A stretch of 39,703 nt of DNA from a virus. Taxonomy: Duplodnaviria; Caudoviricetes. Below the pieces are notes generated by a model. It saw only the letters and a list, made by a program, of their open reading frames with translations, had not been told where the DNA came from and did not search any database. The DNA is taken from the IMG/VR virus record IMGVR_UViG_3300020045_009352, positions 1-39,703 of that record; one strand, written 5' to 3'. Below are positions 35,469 through 39,703 of the stretch, piece by piece (the stretch's first letter is position 1; each line of letters begins with the position of its first letter). Both the position numbers and the translations under genes were made by a program.

Positions 35469-35490
35469 GGCGAATTCGCCATAATAAGAA

Positions 35491-36033
35491 ATGAAAAACC
35501 AAACTATAAAACAGTTCATTGCATCAGCAACCGCTATAAAGGATAATGCAGTCCTGTCAAGCATAATCCCTAAGAATAACTTTTTAGGCAGGCAGATGAA
35601 CGTGAACAGCATGCCGTGGGCAAACGTAAAATATTGCGTTCGCCTGCTTGGTAAGGTCGACAACTGGGATACTATTGCCGAACTATTCGCTATATGCTTC
35701 GATGTTGATGTAACAGCCTTTTGGGATGCACCGGTAACGGAATATTACCACGCTAACAAGTATATGATTGAAGCTTTACAAGTGGCTATGCTAAATGAAA
35801 GCAGGATACTGGCCAGTCAATCTACAGATGAACACCTATGGCAAATGGCAGGCTCTGATAAGCTAAAGCAGTTTAGCGATACATTGCCCCTGGTGCAGCT
35901 CGGTAAGCAGTTTGGTATGTATCCGTTTGAAATCGGGCGAAAGCCATACGGAGAAGTATTAAGCCTGCTTGCACAGGTTAAAACCCAGAATGAGGTTGAG
36001 AGAGAATATCAAAAACTAAGTATGAAAAAATAG
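35491..36033 (+). CDS. Probable tail assembly chaperone-like protein
   Basis: Helical; C-terminal LGKQFGMYPFEIGRKPYGEV resembles the gpT-type part of TACs (inference). Confidence 0.45.
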   Translation: MKNQTIKQFIASATAIKDNAVLSSIIPKNNFLGRQMNVNSMPWANVKYCVRLLGKVDNWDTIAELFAICFDVDVTAFWDAPVTEYYHANKYMIEALQVAMLNESRILASQSTDEHLWQMAGSDKLKQFSDTLPLVQLGKQFGMYPFEIGRKPYGEVLSLLAQVKTQNEVEREYQKLSMKK

Positions 36034-36037
36034 AGAT

Positions 36038-36487
36038 ATGAAAGATATAGTACGCATCCTCCAGGACATAGCCCTTGATAAAAACATTGAATACCACTAT
36101 GGCAAAAAGGCCGCCCTAAACCTTTTGGACGGCACTCTTGAGCCTGACAAGATATTCATGCTGCATGAGTTTACCAACCGCAAAAGCGAATATAATACCA
36201 CGGGCACCGCTATAATAGCTGCCAACTACGAGGGTAAATTCTTTTTGGTAAAGCATTCAGATTACGACCAGCAGTATTTTGCTGAACGTGGCGAAGAGTC
36301 AACTTCAAAGTACACCACCAATATAGAGCCGCTGCTGCAGGTGTTTAATGCTTTAGGCAATACTTTAGGGTGTACCGACCTTACCGTTACCCAATGGGAT
36401 AACATAGATGTTACTGATGCGCTTGATGCTAATATGGATGGCATCCTTTGTAGCTATAAAATTAAAGTACCTGCAAATTATGTTTAG
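36038..36487 (+). CDS. Tail terminator-like structural protein
   Basis: Size, acidic alpha/beta pattern and position. Confidence 0.45.
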   Translation: MKDIVRILQDIALDKNIEYHYGKKAALNLLDGTLEPDKIFMLHEFTNRKSEYNTTGTAIIAANYEGKFFLVKHSDYDQQYFAERGEESTSKYTTNIEPLLQVFNALGNTLGCTDLTVTQWDNIDVTDALDANMDGILCSYKIKVPANYV

Positions 36488-36944
36488 CACAACTGATATA
36501 CTAACCGCTGAATTTGAAGCCCTCAAAACCGACCTCATTAAAAAATATGATGAGCTTGGTATGAGGGCATCTGGAGCATGGCCTGATAGCCTCGAAGTGG
36601 TTGTGACAGAAAACAAGGCGGTGCTGATGGGTGCTGAATATTCGCAGCAGCTTGAAAGCGGCCGCGCACCGGGTAAACAGCCACCAAGTGAAGCTATCAT
36701 CCAATGGATAAAAGATAAAGGCATAGCAAACCGTATAGAGGGTAAAATATCAATAAGCAGTCTTGCATTCCTAATAGCCCGAAAGATTGCAAAGGAGGGT
36801 TGGAAAAGGCAGGAGCACGGAGGGGTTGACTTGATTAGTCAGGTGGTAACCCCTGAACGTATACAGCAAATAATAGATAAACTAAGCGATATCTATGTTT
36901 CAAATTTTACAAACGACTTAATAGATTACTTACAAGCAGCATAA
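36480..36944 (+). CDS. HK97 gp10-like tail completion/neck protein
   Basis: ASG....SL, Y...LE.GR.PGK.PP...I..WI..KG and IARKI..EG motifs; ATG 36480. Confidence 0.65.
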   Translation: MFSTTDILTAEFEALKTDLIKKYDELGMRASGAWPDSLEVVVTENKAVLMGAEYSQQLESGRAPGKQPPSEAIIQWIKDKGIANRIEGKISISSLAFLIARKIAKEGWKRQEHGGVDLISQVVTPERIQQIIDKLSDIYVSNFTNDLIDYLQAA

Positions 36945-36946
36945 CT

Positions 36947-38095
36947 ATGATAGTATTTTTAAACGACATAAGGCCGGAAAAGCTAAGGATGGCCTTTAAT
37001 AACGACATTGTTAGGTTCTACAGCAACAACAGTAGTGTCCTGCCAATATATTGCGATATAACCGCATCGCTTGGTTTTCCTGCTGTGAGGCTATACCCTG
37101 ACCCTAACAATCATTTCTTTATAAACTTCAAGCCATTTGTTTCTGCTTTAATCAATACCAGGAACTTCGAGGACTTAACCCAAACAGACTTGGATGGCAC
37201 CGATCCTGATACCTTTCTGTATAACAGCACAGCCGGTACATTCGTTAATTATAACATAGTATTCACAATAACCTTCACTGATTTAACTACCGATACAGCC
37301 GGGCATCTTATGTCGTGGCTTGCAGGTGTTGAGCAGTTGGGGGATTATAATGCTTTCAACCTGAATGACACTTACGTGTTAACACCCTTCAGGAAAGCAA
37401 CAGCCAATCAATACTATCTGAAATACTGGCAGGGATACCCGTTTGATTTTTCACTATATACAAACAACGGATCTATTACTTTAAAGAACCAAACCACATT
37501 GGTAGAACAATACTTTAACCTGCCTGGCATCGTTAACCGCATGTTCTTTAGTGATGGACGTGTTGATGAGAGTATTGAAGATGCTATGCCTCTATCTGTT
37601 GGGTTTAATCAATTACGCCTTATGCTCAACGATGAGCCTGCTGATGGGGATAAGTTCCTTATGGTAGAGAAATCTGCATATAAATGCGGGGTATACTTCA
37701 AGTGGCTAAATAAATACGGCGGATATAGCTACTGGCTGTTTGAAGATACTGCAGCAGTAGACAGATCTGTAAAATCAATTGGCGAACTGGACCGTGATAA
37801 CAACAATCTTGATGATACGTTTACCCGGGCTATTCAAATAGGCAAAGAAAGCCAGGATACCATAAAGGTAGTTGCCGAACAACTTAATGAAGATCAGCAG
37901 CGATTGCTATTAGGGATAGCTGACAGCCCAAAGATATATATGTTTACAGGCGTGCCATACTCACAAAGCGGCTACCGTAATTGGGTAGAGGTTAGTTTAA
38001 AAACATCATCGGTAAGGGTAAGGAATTACAAGCAAAGCCTTAACAATTTCGCTTTAGAATTTGATTTACCTGAACGCTATACACAAACACTATAA
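36947..38095 (+). CDS. Tail protein (distal tail-like)
   Basis: KWLNKYGGYSYW.F and I..SPKIY motifs common in Bacteroidota siphophage tail genes. Confidence 0.6.
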   Translation: MIVFLNDIRPEKLRMAFNNDIVRFYSNNSSVLPIYCDITASLGFPAVRLYPDPNNHFFINFKPFVSALINTRNFEDLTQTDLDGTDPDTFLYNSTAGTFVNYNIVFTITFTDLTTDTAGHLMSWLAGVEQLGDYNAFNLNDTYVLTPFRKATANQYYLKYWQGYPFDFSLYTNNGSITLKNQTTLVEQYFNLPGIVNRMFFSDGRVDESIEDAMPLSVGFNQLRLMLNDEPADGDKFLMVEKSAYKCGVYFKWLNKYGGYSYWLFEDTAAVDRSVKSIGELDRDNNNLDDTFTRAIQIGKESQDTIKVVAEQLNEDQQRLLLGIADSPKIYMFTGVPYSQSGYRNWVEVSLKTSSVRVRNYKQSLNNFALEFDLPERYTQTL

Positions 38096-39703
38096 TGGGA
38101 TTACTACTATACATCAACGGCCAGCTGGCAGACCTTGCGCCCGGCAATGTTATTGCCCAGACTAAACAGGTTAATGACCTAAACAGCCTGGATAACCGTA
38201 ACTGCAATTACACTAATACTTTCAAGCTGCCAAAGACAGCCGGTAACGTAAGGATCATGCAGTACCTTACCGTTACCGGTAACACCTCGTTTGTACCGTA
38301 TCAAAAGAATATATGTAGTCTGTATAGCGATACCGGCGAATGCTTTGTATATAATGGGTGGGCGAACATTACTGATGATGGCGATGCTTATAGTGCGTAT
38401 ATATATGACGGCATAATTGATCTGTACAAAGCTATAGAGAATAAAGCGCTATCGGACATTGTAGGTTCTGACTTTAACCACACGAAAGATGTTGAGACGG
38501 TCAAAGCTACATGGACCGGGGCATATCCATTCGCTTATTTAGTTGCTGATTATAACGGCAACAATTCTCATACGGATAACACCACAATTGATATTGATTA
38601 CCTGGTGCCGTCTGTTAAAGTAGAGGAATTATGGAACAGGATTTTTTACCTGAATAACTTTACATATACAGGAGCTGTTTTTGACACTGCCAACTTCAAA
38701 AACCTATGGATGACTTTTCCTAAAGCACCTGAAGCATCATCTGTAACTACAGATATATTTGTTTCGTCTGATGTTTATTCGCATAATATAAGAAGGAGGT
38801 TTCCTTTAAGATATAACTCATCAACTACAAATCTTCTTAACTCTATAGTTACACAAGGGGCGACGGATAATTTAAAAGTTAACGCTTCAGGTAACTACAA
38901 ACTTCATTTTACTGGTACACTGGAAGGCGAAACAGGATACAACACACCGCTGCCTACTAAGGTAATTTTAATTAAGAACGGCGGCGGTATCGTTAACGAG
39001 TTACCGCCCCTTGTGCCTTTTGTGGTGGTCGGAGGTGTTAATGAATACGGAGCACCCATAGATGCTATGTCGGAATCATTCTACCTTGATGCGCTTGAAA
39101 CCATAAGCGTTGTAATTGTTGATGGTGTGGACAGCCCTGAAGAGACTTATTACGACTTGCTTGGTTTTTTAAATGGTTTAGAAACCGTAACAGTTGAACT
39201 CATCAAGGTAGATGCTAATGTGATTGACTTTGAAAGTGCGCTATCCGATTTCTCAATTAAAGACTTTTTAAACGAGGTGGTGCAGCGTTTTGGCCTTACA
39301 ATGTTTAAAGATAAATATACAGGAAGCTATGAATTTCTTACGCTTCAGGAACAGATAGCCAACGCTCAAGCGGTAAACTGGAGTTCTAAATACAATCAAA
39401 AGAAGAGTGAGAATTATATTTATGGGTCATACGCCCAGCGTAATTATTTCAGGTATGCATATAACGATAAAGAAAGCAGCCACAATGACGGGTTTATTTC
39501 TGTAAATAACGTGAACATAGCTGATAGCAGAGATGCTATAAAATCTAAAATCTACAGCCCCGAGCGCGGTACGGTTAAACTGATGGGAATCGATACCCAT
39601 ACTTATAAGTTTTGGGAAAAAGAAGTCGTTGAGAACCCATCGGAAGGAGAAGATCCTGTAAATTATAATCCTTTAGATAAAAGATATTACTTCTTAAGGA
39701 TGA
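38095..39703 (+). CDS. 5' part of the tail hub/tip protein (continues at 1-705); missing from the ORF track
   Basis: ATG overlaps the upstream TAA; reads MGLLLYINGQLADL...YTNTFKLPKT..N; in frame with the ATG at 39583 that equals position 1. Confidence 0.8.
   Translation, partial: MGLLLYINGQLADLAPGNVIAQTKQVNDLNSLDNRNCNYTNTFKLPKTAGNVRIMQYLTVTGNTSFVPYQKNICSLYSDTGECFVYNGWANITDDGDAYSAYIYDGIIDLYKAIENKALSDIVGSDFNHTKDVETVKATWTGAYPFAYLVADYNGNNSHTDNTTIDIDYLVPSVKVEELWNRIFYLNNFTYTGAVFDTANFKNLWMTFPKAPEASSVTTDIFVSSDVYSHNIRRRFPLRYNSSTTNLLNSIVTQGATDNLKVNASGNYKLHFTGTLEGETGYNTPLPTKVILIKNGGGIVNELPPLVPFVVVGGVNEYGAPIDAMSESFYLDALETISVVIVDGVDSPEETYYDLLGFLNGLETVTVELIKVDANVIDFESALSDFSIKDFLNEVVQRFGLTMFKDKYTGSYEFLTLQEQIANAQAVNWSSKYNQKKSENYIYGSYAQRNYFRYAYNDKESSHNDGFISVNNVNIADSRDAIKSKIYSPERGTVKLMGIDTHTYKFWEKEVVENPSEGEDPVNYNPLDKRYYFLRM
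39583..39703 (+). repeat. Terminal overlap, copy 2
   Basis: Identical to 1-121. Confidence 0.97.

Larger units (their letters stand above)
1..39703. mobile_element. Complete temperate phage genome (siphovirus-like, probable Flavobacterium/Bacteroidota host), circular/excised form
   Basis: Terminase, portal, capsid, TMP, tail, lysis, integrase, repressor and replication genes are all present. No sheath gene and no flanking host DNA seen. The ends overlap and attP is intact. Confidence 0.95.

Noticed and set aside
39583-39703. Biological direct terminal repeat
   Set aside because: It falls mid-gene with a k-mer-like length; best explained as an assembly overlap.
1-39703. Stop-codon recoding / alternative genetic code
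   Set aside because: Standard code gives dense, tightly coupled full-length genes.

Overview
The window is an apparently complete, circularly assembled temperate tailed phage genome of about 39,582 bp. Bases 1-121 are repeated exactly at 39583-39703, and a tail gene reads through the junction. The host is inferred to be a Flavobacterium-like Bacteroidota, from TAnnTTTG promoters, lack of obvious Shine-Dalgarno sites, and Flavobacterium-like dnaN, nucleoid-associated and OM beta-barrel genes. Modules in order: tape measure, Clp protease/capsid, tail tube, portal, tail fibre and lysis (1-15.4 kb); tyrosine integrase, attP with a tRNA-Ser-like 3' core, OM beta-barrel and CI-like repressor (15.4-18.3 kb); early recombination/replication genes (18.4-26.7 kb); DNA-modification genes (26.7-32.2 kb); a structured non-coding region (32.2-32.9 kb); terminase and tail genes (33.5-39.7 kb). 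The best candidate for a new system is a phage-encoded beta sliding clamp followed by three consecutive proteins with K-Q-x-[NS]-L-F clamp-binding-like motifs. One of them is a polypeptide hidden in the +1 frame of a C5 methyltransferase, which suggests clamp-tethered, replication-coupled methylation. All functional calls come from motif recognition by eye; no searches were run.
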